A stretch of DNA of 64,000 nucleotides from Deltaproteobacteria bacterium (GTDB taxonomy: Bacteria > Desulfobacterota > Binatia > UBA9968), in assembly GCA_016874755.1 (NCBI GenBank), contig VGTH01000009.1, positions 4,933 to 68,932 on the forward strand, written 5' to 3'. Both the position numbers and the translations under genes were made by a program. The notes below the pieces were generated by a model. That model saw nothing but the letters and a program-made list of their open reading frames with translations, had not been told where the DNA came from and ran no database searches. This document shows positions 1-10,126 of the stretch, piece by piece; position 1 is the first letter of the stretch; each line of letters opens with the position of its first letter.

Positions 1-435
1 CGCCGCCGCAGCGTTGCCGAGCACATGGGCGATGTCGGCGTGCAGCGTCAGAGCCGTCACGACACGCCACAGCTCACCGTTGAGAATCCGTTCAGCATCG
101 GCGCTGCCGCGTTGCAACCATGGGAAGGCGGGAGTTTTGAGACTCGTGATGAAAAAGAACAAGAGGAGCAGCTCGCCAAGGATGATGCCCGAAAACAAAC
201 TCATCGGTTCAGGCGGTGTCACCCGCTCGCGCGCTGCCCGTAGATTTTCCTCGTCGTAAGCAGCAAGCGCAGCGCGAGCCGCAGCCGCTTCGTCGGCCCG
301 CACGCTCAGAACAAAGCCATCCATACTCTCACCGACATGCGGCGCCAGGCCCTGCGAGACCAGCACAAGCTCCCATTCCCGCACCAAGGCATGGTCGTGT
401 GTGATACGCACAGAAATGAAAGACTCAGCGATCAC
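1..435 (-). CDS. Rhomboid-family intramembrane serine protease, partial (C-terminal part lies beyond window start); N-terminal cytoplasmic extension
   Basis: Reverse-strand reading frame open to the window edge; translation contains ...GELWRVVTALTLHADIAHVLGN, matching the rhomboid WR..T..F.H....H...N signature; candidate starts GTG ~435/412 or ATG 204. Confidence 0.45.
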   Translation of the reverse strand, partial: MIAESFISVRITHDHALVREWELVLVSQGLAPHVGESMDGFVLSVRADEAAAARAALAAYDEENLRAARERVTPPEPMSLFSGIILGELLLLFFFITSLKTPAFPWLQRGSADAERILNGELWRVVTALTLHADIAHVLGNAAAA

Positions 436-665
436 AAGAAAGCGGATTCACCACGGAGACCCAGAGGGCATGGAGCTCGGAAAAAAGATTCCACCACGAA
501 GCACACGAACGACACGGAGTTCGGAGAAAACTTTTTGATTCTCTTCTCTTACCTTCGTGATCTTCGTGTCCTTCGTGGTGAACAATTCTTTGGGGACTAT
601 TTCAGCAAATCCACTACCGCACCCTTCACACTTTCAGTTGACGGCAAGAAAGGCCGCTCATCCCA

Positions 666-1119
666 TTAGGGTAGATACTGATCGGCGCCGGCGACGATGC
701 GCGGCGGCGCCTTCAGGGTTCCCGCCGGTAGTTCGTCGAGCACGCAGCGAACGTGCGTCGCGTAGCCGCCCGGCGCTGGTTCGTCTTGGACGATCAGGAA
801 CCGGCCGGTTTTCTTGGCGGATTGCAAAATCGTTTCTTTGTCCAGCGGCTTGATGAATCCCAGGCTGATGACTTCCACGGCAGCAGGATTTTTTTGCCAA
901 TTCATCGGCGACGTCTTCCGCCAGCGCGGCGCAGCGGCGGGCGGCGACGATCGTCAAACAATCACCGGCGCGGGTCACCAGCGCTTTGCCTTTGGGATTG
1001 ACGTCGGCAACGTCGCCCGTGCGGGTCGGCATCGAGCGGTCTTCGAAAAACAACGTCGGCGTCGGGCGATTCAAAGCATCGCGAAAATTCCAGTAGGCTT
1101 CATTCGGCGAGCCGGGCAC
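666..1119 (-). pseudogene. Remnant of 2-oxoacid dehydrogenase E1 beta / transketolase C-terminal domain, N-terminal ~200 aa missing and one internal frameshift
   Basis: Two overlapping minus-strand ORFs (658-1119, 666-905) in different frames jointly read ...FFEDR...GKALVTRAGDCLTIVA... then ISLGFIKPLDKETILQSAKKTGRFLIVQDE, the transketolase C-terminal fold; no upstream N-terminal domain. Confidence 0.5.
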
Positions 1120-1291
1120 TGCTATTTTCTTCTTTCCTTCCCCGCTTCAGGGGAGGATCAAGGTGGGGGCCAGCTCTTCGATGCGGCCCCCATCCTAACC
1201 TCCCCCGAGAGAGACTGTGTCGCAATTATCAGGGGTGCTGCGGGGGAAAATATCTGATAACGGGAAAACATTGCAATAACGCAGAGACGAT

Positions 1292-1603
1292 ATGCTAAGG
1301 CACGCCGAAAGGAAAGGGAACGAAATGGCGTACCGGTGCGGGGAACGAGAACAGTTGGGATTATTGCCGGCGGGCATAGAAGAGTACGTAGGCCGAGAAG
1401 ACCCGGTGCGGGTCTACGATGCGTTTGTCGAGAGTCTAGATTTTGCGGCGCTGGGGATTGTCCTTGATGACGAGCAGGTAGGGCCACCGGAGTACGATCC
1501 CAAAGCGATGATGAAGCTGTTGGTGTACGGGTATAGCTACGGGGTGAAGGGATCGAGAAAGCTGGAGCGCGAGTGCCATCATAATTTGAGTTTCATGTGG
1601 TGA
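1292..1603 (+). mobile_element. IS1182/IS5-type transposase N-terminal fragment (remnant IS; catalytic DDE domain absent)
   Basis: 103-aa ORF with LLPAGIEEYVGREDPVRVYDAFVESLDF...KAMMKLLVYGYSYGVKGSRKLERECHHNLSFMW, the conserved N-terminal region of IS1182/IS5-family transposases; truncated by stop, no downstream DDE region in any frame. Confidence 0.5.
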
Positions 1604-1927
1604 AAGCCGTGTTGTTTTATGACCGAAAATCCATCGATTGCGACACAGTCCCGCGGGAGAGGATAGAGGATAGAGGTGAGGGTGCGTTGTGGGTTGGTCG
1701 AGCCTTCGATCGGCGGGTGATCGAAAGCTACCTCGAAGCTCTTTTGGCGGTCAAGAGAAATGCGATTCCGAGGAAGCGGTTGCACCACCCTCTTGAGAAT
1801 CAGGTCCGATTAAGATATGCATGCTTCCCAAGATGTTGCGTGCAGCTCCGACTTTGCTTCTATTTGTAGTGTAAACGCTCCCAAATTGACCTGAAAAAGA
1901 CAAGTCGCGCTCCAAAGGAGTTCCTTT

Positions 1928-2914
1928 ATGGCCTATGTATTAGCTGTAATCGTCTTCTTCGCCATCGCCGCAAGCAGCGCCCCAACGGCTCGCGGTGCAG
2001 CTTGGGAGCCAACCAAGCCCATTGAATTCGTGATCCCCGCTGGCACTGGCGGCGGCGCCGATCAAATGGCGCGGCTCATCGCCGGCATCGCCGACAAAAA
2101 CAAACTCTCGCCGCGACCGCTCCTGCCAGTGAACAAATCTGGCGGTGCCGGCGCCGAGGGATTTCTCTATGTCAAAGAGAAAAAGGGCGATCCTCACGTG
2201 ATCGTCATCACCCTGTCCAATCTCTTTACCACACCGTTGCACACGGGCATTCCCTTCAATTGGAAGGATTTGACGCCGGTCGCGCGCATGGCGCTCGATC
2301 AATTCATCCTTTGGGTCAACGCGGACACGCCTTACAAAACCGCCAAAGAGTACCTCGCCTCAGTTAAGGAACAATCCGGTGGCAGCGCGCGCATGAAGAT
2401 GGGCGGCACTGGTTCGGCGCAGGAAGATCAAATCATTACGATCCAATTGGAACAGCAGCTCGGTGTCAAGTTCACTTACGTGCCATTCAAGGGTGGCGGC
2501 GAGGTCTGTGTCAATCTAGTCGGTAAACATATCGATTCGACAGTGAACAATCCCGCCGAATGCGTTAGCCACTGGAAGGCAGGACGCGTGCGGCCGTTGG
2601 GAGTATTCGATGGCGCACGTATTACCGAGGGCGATTGGAAGGCGATACCGACCATCAAAGAAGCCCTGGGCGCCGATATCCGCTATCAAATGCTGCGCGG
2701 TATCTTCGCGGCGCCCGACATTCCCAAAGAGGCTTTGCAGTGGCAAACCAGTTTTTTGAAAAAAGTTTTCGACACCGCCGATTTCAAAAAATATCTTGCC
2801 GACGGCGCTTTAAAGCCCGCGTTCAGCACGGGTTCTGAATACATCAAGTGGGTGGACGAGAACGAAAAGATTCACCGCGAATTGATGCAGAAAGAGGGCC
2901 TACTGAAGCAGTAG
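1928..2914 (+). CDS. tctC: Tripartite tricarboxylate transporter substrate-binding protein TctC (Bug family)
   Basis: 328 aa, signal peptide, Bug-family motifs (PIEFVIPAGTGGGADQMARLIA, PVNKSGGAGAEGF); followed by tctB and tctA. Confidence 0.85.
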   Translation: MAYVLAVIVFFAIAASSAPTARGAAWEPTKPIEFVIPAGTGGGADQMARLIAGIADKNKLSPRPLLPVNKSGGAGAEGFLYVKEKKGDPHVIVITLSNLFTTPLHTGIPFNWKDLTPVARMALDQFILWVNADTPYKTAKEYLASVKEQSGGSARMKMGGTGSAQEDQIITIQLEQQLGVKFTYVPFKGGGEVCVNLVGKHIDSTVNNPAECVSHWKAGRVRPLGVFDGARITEGDWKAIPTIKEALGADIRYQMLRGIFAAPDIPKEALQWQTSFLKKVFDTADFKKYLADGALKPAFSTGSEYIKWVDENEKIHRELMQKEGLLKQ

Positions 2915-2915
2915 C

Positions 2916-3377
2916 ATGCGCGCTGCCGAGGTCATCACCGCTTCTCTCCTCGCGCTCTTCGGCGCGCTTGTGCTATTCGATGCTACAAGGTTGGGTATCG
3001 GTTGGGGGAGCGACGGCCCGAAGAGCGGCTTCTTCCCTTTTTGGCTTGCGCTCATCATGGTCGCTTCTTGCATCGTGATCGTCGTACAAGCGCTGCGCCA
3101 AACCCAAAACAAGCCTTTCATCGATCCGCAAGCCCTGCCACCGGTGCTGAAAGTGCTTTGGCCGGCGTTCGCCGCCGTTCTGCTAATGCAGTGGATCGGC
3201 CTCTACGCCGCCTCAGCCATCTACCTGGCGTTCTACATGCGCTGGGTCGGGCGCCAGTCCTGGGGTGCCGTGATAGCACTTTCGCTGGCGATCCCCGTGC
3301 TCAGTTTTTTTGTTTTTGAAAAGTGGTTTCTCGTGCCGATGCCGAAGGGCCCGCTGGAAGCCTGGCTGGGCTACTGA
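2916..3377 (+). CDS. tctB: Tripartite tricarboxylate transporter small membrane protein TctB
   Basis: 153-aa hydrophobic 4-TM protein between tctC and tctA; overlapping stop/start arrangement. Confidence 0.7.
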   Translation: MRAAEVITASLLALFGALVLFDATRLGIGWGSDGPKSGFFPFWLALIMVASCIVIVVQALRQTQNKPFIDPQALPPVLKVLWPAFAAVLLMQWIGLYAASAIYLAFYMRWVGRQSWGAVIALSLAIPVLSFFVFEKWFLVPMPKGPLEAWLGY

Positions 3378-3380
3378 GTC

Positions 3381-4871
3381 ATGGGCCTGGAAAACCTACT
3401 ACTCGGCTTCCAGATCGCGATCACGCCGTACAATATTTTCGTGGCGGTCATGGGCATTCTGCTCGGCACCGTCATCGGTGTTTTGCCGGGCCTGGGCGGC
3501 GCCAATGGCGTGGCGATACTTTTGCCCGTGACCTTCGCCATGCCGCCGACTTCGGGAATCATTCTGCTAACCTCGATCTACTGGGGTGCCCTCTTCGGCG
3601 GCGCCATCACCTCGGTGCTTTTTAACATTCCCGGCGAGCCCTGGTCGGTGGCGACAACGTTCGACGGCTACCCGATGGCGCGCCAGGGCTTGGGTGGCCA
3701 GGCGCTCACAGCGGCGTTTACGTCGTCATTCATTGGCGCGTTGTTTTCGATTCTCCTCATCACCTTTTTCGCGCCGCTTTTGGCCGAAGTTGCGCTCAAA
3801 TTCGGCCCGGCGGAATTTTTCGCCATACAACTTCTCACCTTCTCCAGTTTCGTCGGCCTCGGCGGCAGCAATCCGCTCAAGTCACTGGTTTCAATCTTGA
3901 TCGGCTTTATCCTCGCCGCGGTGGGGTTGGATATTGTCACCGGCCAATTGCGCTTGACCTTTGGTTTCACCGGCTTGATGAAAGGGTTCGATTTTATCAT
4001 CGCCGTCATCGGCCTGTTCGGCATCGGCGAAATTCTTTTGAGCGTCGAAGAAGGCTTGAGCTTCAAAGGCACCAAGACCGGCATGAACTTGCGGGTTGTC
4101 TTCGACACCTGGAAAGAGCTGCCAGGCTACTGGCGCACCTTTCTGCGCAGCTCCTTCATCGGGTTTTGGATGGGCTTCAAACCGGGCGGCGCAACGCCGG
4201 CGTCGTTCATGAGCTACGCCTTCGCCAAACGCTTTTCCAAAAACAGCGCCAACTTCGGCAAGGGTGAGATCGAGGGCGTAGTTGCGCCGGAGACTGCGGC
4301 ACACTCGGCTGGCATCGCAGCGATGTTGCCGATGATTACCCTGGGCATTCCCGGCTCGCCCACGGCCGCGGTGATGCTCGGCGGTCTGATCATCTGGGGT
4401 TTGCAGCCCGGCCCCATGTTGTTCACCGAAAAACCGGACTTCGTCTGGGGCCTGATCGCCAGCATGTATACCGGCAACATCATTGGCGTCTTGATGGTGC
4501 TGGCGTTTGTGCCGCTCTTTGCGGCCATCCTGCGCATTCCATTTGCGATCTTGACGCCGCTGATCGTGATCGTCTGCGCCATCGGCGCCTACGCGGTCAA
4601 CGGCCGCATGCTCGACGTTTGGTATATGCTGGGGTTCGGCGTTATCGGCTACGTCTTCAAGAAACTCGACTATCCAATCGCGCCGCTCGTGCTGGCGCTG
4701 GTGCTTGGCGATTTGGCTGAGAGCGCCTTGCGTCAGAGCTTGATCATCTCACAAGGCTCATTGGCAATATTCTTCACCCGCCCCATAGCCGGAGCGATCA
4801 CCGCGGCGGCCATATTCTTTTTCGTCATGCCGCTGCTGGGCCCCTGGTGGAAGCGGTTCAAAGAACGCTGA
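3381..4871 (+). CDS. tctA: Tripartite tricarboxylate transporter permease TctA
   Basis: 496-aa polytopic membrane protein with TctA-family motifs (GVLPGLGGANGVAILLPVTF, MLPMITLGIPGSPTAAVMLGGL). Confidence 0.9.
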   Translation: MGLENLLLGFQIAITPYNIFVAVMGILLGTVIGVLPGLGGANGVAILLPVTFAMPPTSGIILLTSIYWGALFGGAITSVLFNIPGEPWSVATTFDGYPMARQGLGGQALTAAFTSSFIGALFSILLITFFAPLLAEVALKFGPAEFFAIQLLTFSSFVGLGGSNPLKSLVSILIGFILAAVGLDIVTGQLRLTFGFTGLMKGFDFIIAVIGLFGIGEILLSVEEGLSFKGTKTGMNLRVVFDTWKELPGYWRTFLRSSFIGFWMGFKPGGATPASFMSYAFAKRFSKNSANFGKGEIEGVVAPETAAHSAGIAAMLPMITLGIPGSPTAAVMLGGLIIWGLQPGPMLFTEKPDFVWGLIASMYTGNIIGVLMVLAFVPLFAAILRIPFAILTPLIVIVCAIGAYAVNGRMLDVWYMLGFGVIGYVFKKLDYPIAPLVLALVLGDLAESALRQSLIISQGSLAIFFTRPIAGAITAAAIFFFVMPLLGPWWKRFKER

Positions 4872-4872
4872 G

Positions 4873-5721
4873 TCACACCTCTTTTTTCAACACGAGAATA
4901 TCTTGGTGGCCGTTCACTCCGCGTAGAATGTAGTCCACAATGGTAAAATACTTCGCGAAGTTCTCGATCACATACTCCTTGAGGTGAAACGTCGACTGAT
5001 ACCAATCCGGAAAGGCCTCTTTCCAATAATCGTCGACCACGAATAAGATGCCATCCCGCTTGACCTGCGCGATCAGTTTCGCATTGAGCTGTCTCCACAC
5101 ATGCTCACCGTGTAGCGTGAGCAGCACCACCCCCGCCGGCCGGGTCACGCGCCGCAGCTCTTCCAGCCAACGAAACTGAAACTCCTCATTGAGATGCGTG
5201 AAGATCGACACCGCATAGATCAGATCGAAAGTATCATCGGCATAGGGGAGCGGAGGCAACGGCCGATTGACGCTAAACGTGCCCCAGCGATAGTTCTCTT
5301 GACACCAGCGGATCGCCTCGCCGTCGATATCCGTGCCATAGAAAGCCGTGCTGAGCGCCAGGTCCCACCAAATGAAAGTCCGACCACAGCCGCAGCCAAA
5401 ATCCAATATGCTCTGAAAAGAAGAGATCTCGCGGCCCTGGCTCCGCAGCGCGGCGCTAAGACCTTCACTGCACTTACGCCCCTTATTGAGGAACATATCT
5501 GCGCTGTTCTCGCCGCTCACACGCTGGCGCAACGACGCCGGCGGCAGCGCAACGATCCCTTTGCGCTTGAGATGCGCCCGGTTGGGAATTGCTTGTAGCC
5601 GGTGTTTGGGAATGTCCCAAAGCTCAGCGAGCCACAACCAAACGGAACGACGTATTCCGCTCCATGGTTGGCGCAGTACGGCACGCAGGCGTTGATAACT
5701 CTTTGGGGCAATCTCAATCAT
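4873..5721 (-). CDS. Class I SAM-dependent methyltransferase
   Basis: 282 aa; SAM-binding motif ILDFGCGCGRT and acidic motif-II region. Confidence 0.75.
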   Translation of the reverse strand: MIEIAPKSYQRLRAVLRQPWSGIRRSVWLWLAELWDIPKHRLQAIPNRAHLKRKGIVALPPASLRQRVSGENSADMFLNKGRKCSEGLSAALRSQGREISSFQSILDFGCGCGRTFIWWDLALSTAFYGTDIDGEAIRWCQENYRWGTFSVNRPLPPLPYADDTFDLIYAVSIFTHLNEEFQFRWLEELRRVTRPAGVVLLTLHGEHVWRQLNAKLIAQVKRDGILFVVDDYWKEAFPDWYQSTFHLKEYVIENFAKYFTIVDYILRGVNGHQDILVLKKEV

Positions 5722-5777
5722 GCTGGCTGAAACTGACTTAAGCAGGCACGCGCGGTCAATTCAACGCACCTCTTTTG

Positions 5778-7004
5778 CTAGAGGTGATGGCGAGATACCT
5801 GCGAAATGCTGAAATCTCGCACCAACGGAAATCGCACTATCATGAGGGCCACGATCGCGAGGATCATCAAAGCGCCCGCTGCCACCGACAACTCCGCGCC
5901 GACCACCGCCGCCAGCGCGCCGGCTTGAAACTGGCCGAGTTGCGGCCCGCTATTGGTAAACACACTGTTGATCGCCGACATGCGGCCGCGCAACTCGTCG
6001 GGCGTGCTCAGCTGATTGATCGTCGAGCGCAGCACCGCGCTGATCGTATCGCCGATGCCCGAGCAAACCAGAAAAAAGACCGAGAGCAGAAACCACCGGG
6101 AAAACCCAAACCCAAACAGCGCCAGACCGTAGATGGAAACGCCGATCAAAATCCAGCGGCCGGCGTGGCGCCGCGTCCCCGCGAAACTCATGCCCAGGGC
6201 GCCAATCAACGCGCCAGCGGCGCTGGCGGCGTAGAGTACACCAAGACCCTGGGGCCCCACGGCAAGAATGTCGCGCGCATAAATGGGAAACAATGAGCGT
6301 ACCGTGCCGAAAATGTTGGCGCCCAAGTCCATCATCAAGAACGGAAAAAACACCGCGTGTCCCCAGACAAAACGAAACCCTTCGCCGAGAGCGCTGAGTG
6401 ACACGGTGCGCCAGCCGCCGCGGCCCGGTGCGCGGGCGCGAATCAGTAGCAACGCCGCCAGCATCACCACCCAAGAGGCGGCATCGATGGCGTAGCAGAC
6501 AGCGGGTCCAGCGAAGGCTAACACCAAACCGGCAGCCGATGGACCGGCAATGGTCGCGATCTGACGCTGGGTGCTTTGAATCGCCATGGCGCGCGCCAAG
6601 TCTTCGGCAGGAACCAGGTTCGCAACGATGGCATGGCGCGATGGACCCTCAAGAGATGTAAACAATGCGAGAAAGACCGTTACACCGTAGAGAATCAACA
6701 CATTGATGTGGCCGGTCATCGTGGTCAACGCCAGCGCCGCAGAAACCAAAAACAGGCTGACCTGGGTGATCATCATCAGCTTGCGCCGGTCCACCGCATC
6801 GGCCAGCACACCGCCAAACAGGAGCATCAGCACCTGGGGCACTGCACGCACCAAACCGATCAGGCCAATCTGCAGCGGTGAATTGGTCAGCTCGTAAATC
6901 TGCCAAGCCATCGCCACGGTGGTGAACTGGCTGCCGACGCTGGAGAGCAGTAGACCGATCCAAAAGATCCGAAAATCGCGATGGCGCAGCGGAGATAACA
7001 GCAT
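5778..7004 (-). CDS. MFS transporter
   Basis: 408 aa, 12 predicted TM segments, MFS motif-A-like GxxxDRxGRR region (LADAVDRRKLMM). Confidence 0.8.
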   Translation of the reverse strand: MLLSPLRHRDFRIFWIGLLLSSVGSQFTTVAMAWQIYELTNSPLQIGLIGLVRAVPQVLMLLFGGVLADAVDRRKLMMITQVSLFLVSAALALTTMTGHINVLILYGVTVFLALFTSLEGPSRHAIVANLVPAEDLARAMAIQSTQRQIATIAGPSAAGLVLAFAGPAVCYAIDAASWVVMLAALLLIRARAPGRGGWRTVSLSALGEGFRFVWGHAVFFPFLMMDLGANIFGTVRSLFPIYARDILAVGPQGLGVLYAASAAGALIGALGMSFAGTRRHAGRWILIGVSIYGLALFGFGFSRWFLLSVFFLVCSGIGDTISAVLRSTINQLSTPDELRGRMSAINSVFTNSGPQLGQFQAGALAAVVGAELSVAAGALMILAIVALMIVRFPLVRDFSISQVSRHHL

Positions 7005-7421
7005 GGGTCAGAGGCAAATCCATCGCAATATAGCGGAGATCAAATCGATAAGGAAATTCCCCGCCTGGCATTCCCGCATCGATAAACTGCCAAACCAGGA
7101 ATTTTCAATGAAAGGCGACGCTGGCCGGGTGTCAGTGGCAGTAAAAGTGTTTCTGTTTCGCCGGGTTCTCCAATTGCTGCCCAGCTCAAGATCATTGATT
7201 AAAAAAGCGACTATTGCTTGCTTTCGCGATTGCACTGGACGCCATATTGACCGATTCAAAATAGCGAGTGCCCTTTGCCCATCTGATGAGCAGCTCCCCT
7301 TCCGGGCCTTCCTCTTTCTGGCCCCTGAGTTTAGAAGCGAGTGCGCGCGCCGACTGGAGATCAGACAGAGCGCTTGATGATTCGATGTTATGAGCGAGCT
7401 TTGAGCAGCCGAAAAATCGCA

Positions 7422-7712
7422 CTAAACGCGGGGCCAGAAGAGGTTGAGAAAGTCGACGTGGTCATAGTCGGGTAAGCGGTAGTGAATCAGCAGGTTCCCC
7501 GATCGATAAAGATAACTGGGCGTGGCCGGGTTGTAATAGCTGGGCATCTTGCCGGGCAAGTTTGGGTTGGCGGCAATGGCCGCCATGGTCATTTCAAGGT
7601 GTTCTAAGTCGCTACGACTGGCGGTTTTTTGAAACAGCGCGAGGTTTTCCAAGAACTGTCGCCCGAGGATGAAGTCAGCCACGCAGCAGACCCTTCTTGC
7701 GAGCCGCAGCAA
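7422..7712 (-). CDS. Type II toxin, ParE/RelE family (start uncertain; annotated ORF uses TTG and overlaps antitoxin by 38 nt)
   Basis: C-terminal YRSGNLLIHYRLPDYDHVDFLNLF matches RelE/ParE core; immediately downstream of a Phd/YefM antitoxin gene on same strand. Confidence 0.6.
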   Translation of the reverse strand: MLRLARRVCCVADFILGRQFLENLALFQKTASRSDLEHLEMTMAAIAANPNLPGKMPSYYNPATPSYLYRSGNLLIHYRLPDYDHVDFLNLFWPRV

Positions 7713-7995
7713 GGATTTTTTCCACCTTAGGAGTTCCAGAGAACTTCAGAGTCCGTCCTGCTTTCGCATCCTCCAACGCCAGGCGCATCGATCGGAGCGC
7801 CTCCGGGTCTTGCCAAAGCCTGGCCACCGCTTTTAGCGTCTGCAGCTCTTCAAAACTGATGATCGCCGCTTTGGGAACCCCCCGCTTGGTGATGATAACC
7901 TGATCACCGTCTTCAACGTCGTCGACAAGATTTAGAAACTTTTGCCTGGCTTCGCTGGTGGTCAAAAACTTATCCATCGTTACACCTCGTCTCAC
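7675..7995 (-). CDS. Type II antitoxin, Phd/YefM family
   Basis: MDKFLTTSEARQKFLNLVDDVEDGDQVIITKRGVPKAAIISFEEL is a canonical Phd/YefM N-terminus; probable true start MDKFL at 7977. Confidence 0.7.
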   Translation of the reverse strand: MRRGVTMDKFLTTSEARQKFLNLVDDVEDGDQVIITKRGVPKAAIISFEELQTLKAVARLWQDPEALRSMRLALEDAKAGRTLKFSGTPKVEKILAAARKKGLLRG

Positions 7996-8308
7996 AAGGA
8001 AGTGTACAGAACGTTGCTAGCAACCACAAGCGAGGAACTAACCCAAATCAGACGGCCGCGCCAGACAGAGCCAACTTGCTCTCACTGAATCGAAAGCTCA
8101 AGAAGTTCAAGCAGGGACTGCGGCTACGTATTCGAAACCACTTGGTGGCGCAGTACTTCCCGGAGCCGGATCACTGTCATTGGGGAGCCAATGGGGGATA
8201 GGCTAACCCCGTCTTTGGTGTCCCCATTTTGTGTCTCTGGAGGAATAGTCCACTGGAAAGCAGCGAACCACGCTGAGCGTGGTCGATTGGCAGGACTGGG
8301 ATCAACCT

Positions 8309-9136
8309 TTACCTTTGACAACTCGGGCAATAAAACGCGCTACGATTTCCTAGAGTAACGCGCTTGATCTTGCTGGCGCATTGGCGGCAGGGCTCTCCGT
8401 GGCGGTCGTAGACGCGCAGGTGATTTTGGAATTCGCCAGATTTGTCGTCGGCGTCGCGGTAATCTGAGAAACTTGTGCCGCACCAGCGGATGGCGTCACC
8501 TAACAATTCTGGAATTGTCCTAGCGACATCCGCAACTTCTCTTTTCGTCAAACGGCATGCGCGCCGCGTCGGCTTGACGCCGACGATGGCCAGCACTTCG
8601 TTGGCGTAGATGTTACCGAGCCCTGCGACGATCTGCTGGTCGAGTAAGAGATCGCGCATGCGCCGCTCGGACTTGCGCGTGTGTTCGAACAAGAAAGCAG
8701 GTGTCAGTTGAGCGCCGAAGGGATCGACGCCAAGCTGGCGGAATTGCGGCAGCGTTTCGAGCTCAGGCTCCGCCGCCACCAGCGATAGACCGAATCGGCG
8801 CGGGTCGTGGTAGCGCAGCTCGCTTCCATCGTCGAGCTGGACGACGATGTGATCGTGCTTCTGCCGCGCGAGGTTGTCGGTGACACAAATTAACTTGCCC
8901 GACATGCCGAGGTGAAAGATCCAATGCCGCCCGTCGGTCAGCGAAATCAAGATATACTTCGCCCGGCGTGTGATCGCCTCGATGCGCTGGCCCCGCAAGC
9001 GTGCCAGAGCGCGCTCGTCGACGCGCACACGCAGGCGCGGTTCGTAGACTTTGATCTTTTCGATCCGCCGTCCCAGCAAATGTGGCCGCAAACTTCGGCA
9101 CACCGTTTCGACTTCCGGCAATTCAGGCATTCGCAA
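8309..9136 (-). CDS. mutM: Formamidopyrimidine-DNA glycosylase (Fpg/MutM)
   Basis: N-terminal MPELPEVETV (catalytic Pro2/Glu3), C-terminal zinc finger CRQC...CPSCQR. Confidence 0.9.
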   Translation of the reverse strand: MRMPELPEVETVCRSLRPHLLGRRIEKIKVYEPRLRVRVDERALARLRGQRIEAITRRAKYILISLTDGRHWIFHLGMSGKLICVTDNLARQKHDHIVVQLDDGSELRYHDPRRFGLSLVAAEPELETLPQFRQLGVDPFGAQLTPAFLFEHTRKSERRMRDLLLDQQIVAGLGNIYANEVLAIVGVKPTRRACRLTKREVADVARTIPELLGDAIRWCGTSFSDYRDADDKSGEFQNHLRVYDRHGEPCRQCASKIKRVTLGNRSAFYCPSCQR

Positions 9137-10001
9137 GGCCTCGTTGTGCGGGCACGAGCCAACCGCGCGCGCGCAGTCCGCTCATCAAAGCGACAAATTC
9201 ATTAACGGCGAGGCTTTCACCGCGCCGTTTGGGATCGATCTTGTGCTCGGCGAGCAAGTTATCGATGGCGCCGCGCTCGCGCTGAAGCCACGTGACAAGT
9301 CCGTTGCTCAAGGTCTTGCGCCGCTGGCCAAAGGCGGCGCGCAGGAGATTTTTCATTGCCGGAAACTCTTTTTCATCAACTAACGATTGCTCGCGCAAAT
9401 CGATGCGCAGCACCGTCGAACGCACCGTTGGCTTAGGGAAGAACGCTTCCGGCGACACCGACACTTTGTCGGTCACAACGCCATGCAGCTGGCACCACAC
9501 CGAAAGCACGCCGTAGTCTTTCGTGCCCGGTCCGCTGGCAAGGCGATCGGCCACCTCTTTTTGCAGCATGATCACCAAACAGGAAAAATGCCCGCGCAAG
9601 TCGAACAAGCGAAACAAAACTTCCGTCGAAATATTGTAGGGCAGATTGCCAAGGACTTTTATTTTGCGGTCGGGCAGCCAATCAACGATTGGGACTTGCA
9701 AAATATCGCCGGCGATGAGCTGGAAGTTTGCACGCGCCGACCAGTCGCGCCGCTGCAAATATTCGATCAGTCTCCCATCCACCTCCACGGCCCAGACTTT
9801 CTTTGCGTCGGCCACTACGCGCCGCGTCAAAAAGCCGAGTCCTGGGCCAATCTCCAAGACTTCGTCCTCGCTCTCCAGGTGAAGCAATCGCAGGATCGCT
9901 TCGACAACATGCTCGTGAATCAAAAAATTTTGCCCGCGGCTCTTTTTGGCGCGGAGGTCCAACTCGCGCAGTGCGGAGCGAACCTCTTGGTGGAGCGTCA
10001 T
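9123..10001 (-). CDS. rsmA: 16S rRNA (adenine1518/1519-N6)-dimethyltransferase RsmA/KsgA
   Basis: KKSRGQNFL and LEIGPGLGFLT SAM-binding motifs; start trimmed to MTLHQ (annotated ORF extends to 10100). Confidence 0.85.
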   Translation of the reverse strand: MTLHQEVRSALRELDLRAKKSRGQNFLIHEHVVEAILRLLHLESEDEVLEIGPGLGFLTRRVVADAKKVWAVEVDGRLIEYLQRRDWSARANFQLIAGDILQVPIVDWLPDRKIKVLGNLPYNISTEVLFRLFDLRGHFSCLVIMLQKEVADRLASGPGTKDYGVLSVWCQLHGVVTDKVSVSPEAFFPKPTVRSTVLRIDLREQSLVDEKEFPAMKNLLRAAFGQRRKTLSNGLVTWLQRERGAIDNLLAEHKIDPKRRGESLAVNEFVALMSGLRARGWLVPAQRGLANA

Positions 10002-10126
10002 GCGGCCCCTAAGAGACCGGCGCGCGCAGAACTTGCGGAGTCCTTCGATAAGCTCAGGACGAACGGAACTGAAATTCTCCGAAGTCGGGAAGACATGCAA
10101 ATCCGCTCGGGAGCCTTGCGATCAGT

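Noticed and set aside
8124-8330. ORF starting MPELSKVKV (Fpg-like N-terminus) just downstream of mutM
   Set aside because: It is 68 aa with no further Fpg similarity. The PEL resemblance is a coincidence in the intergenic region.
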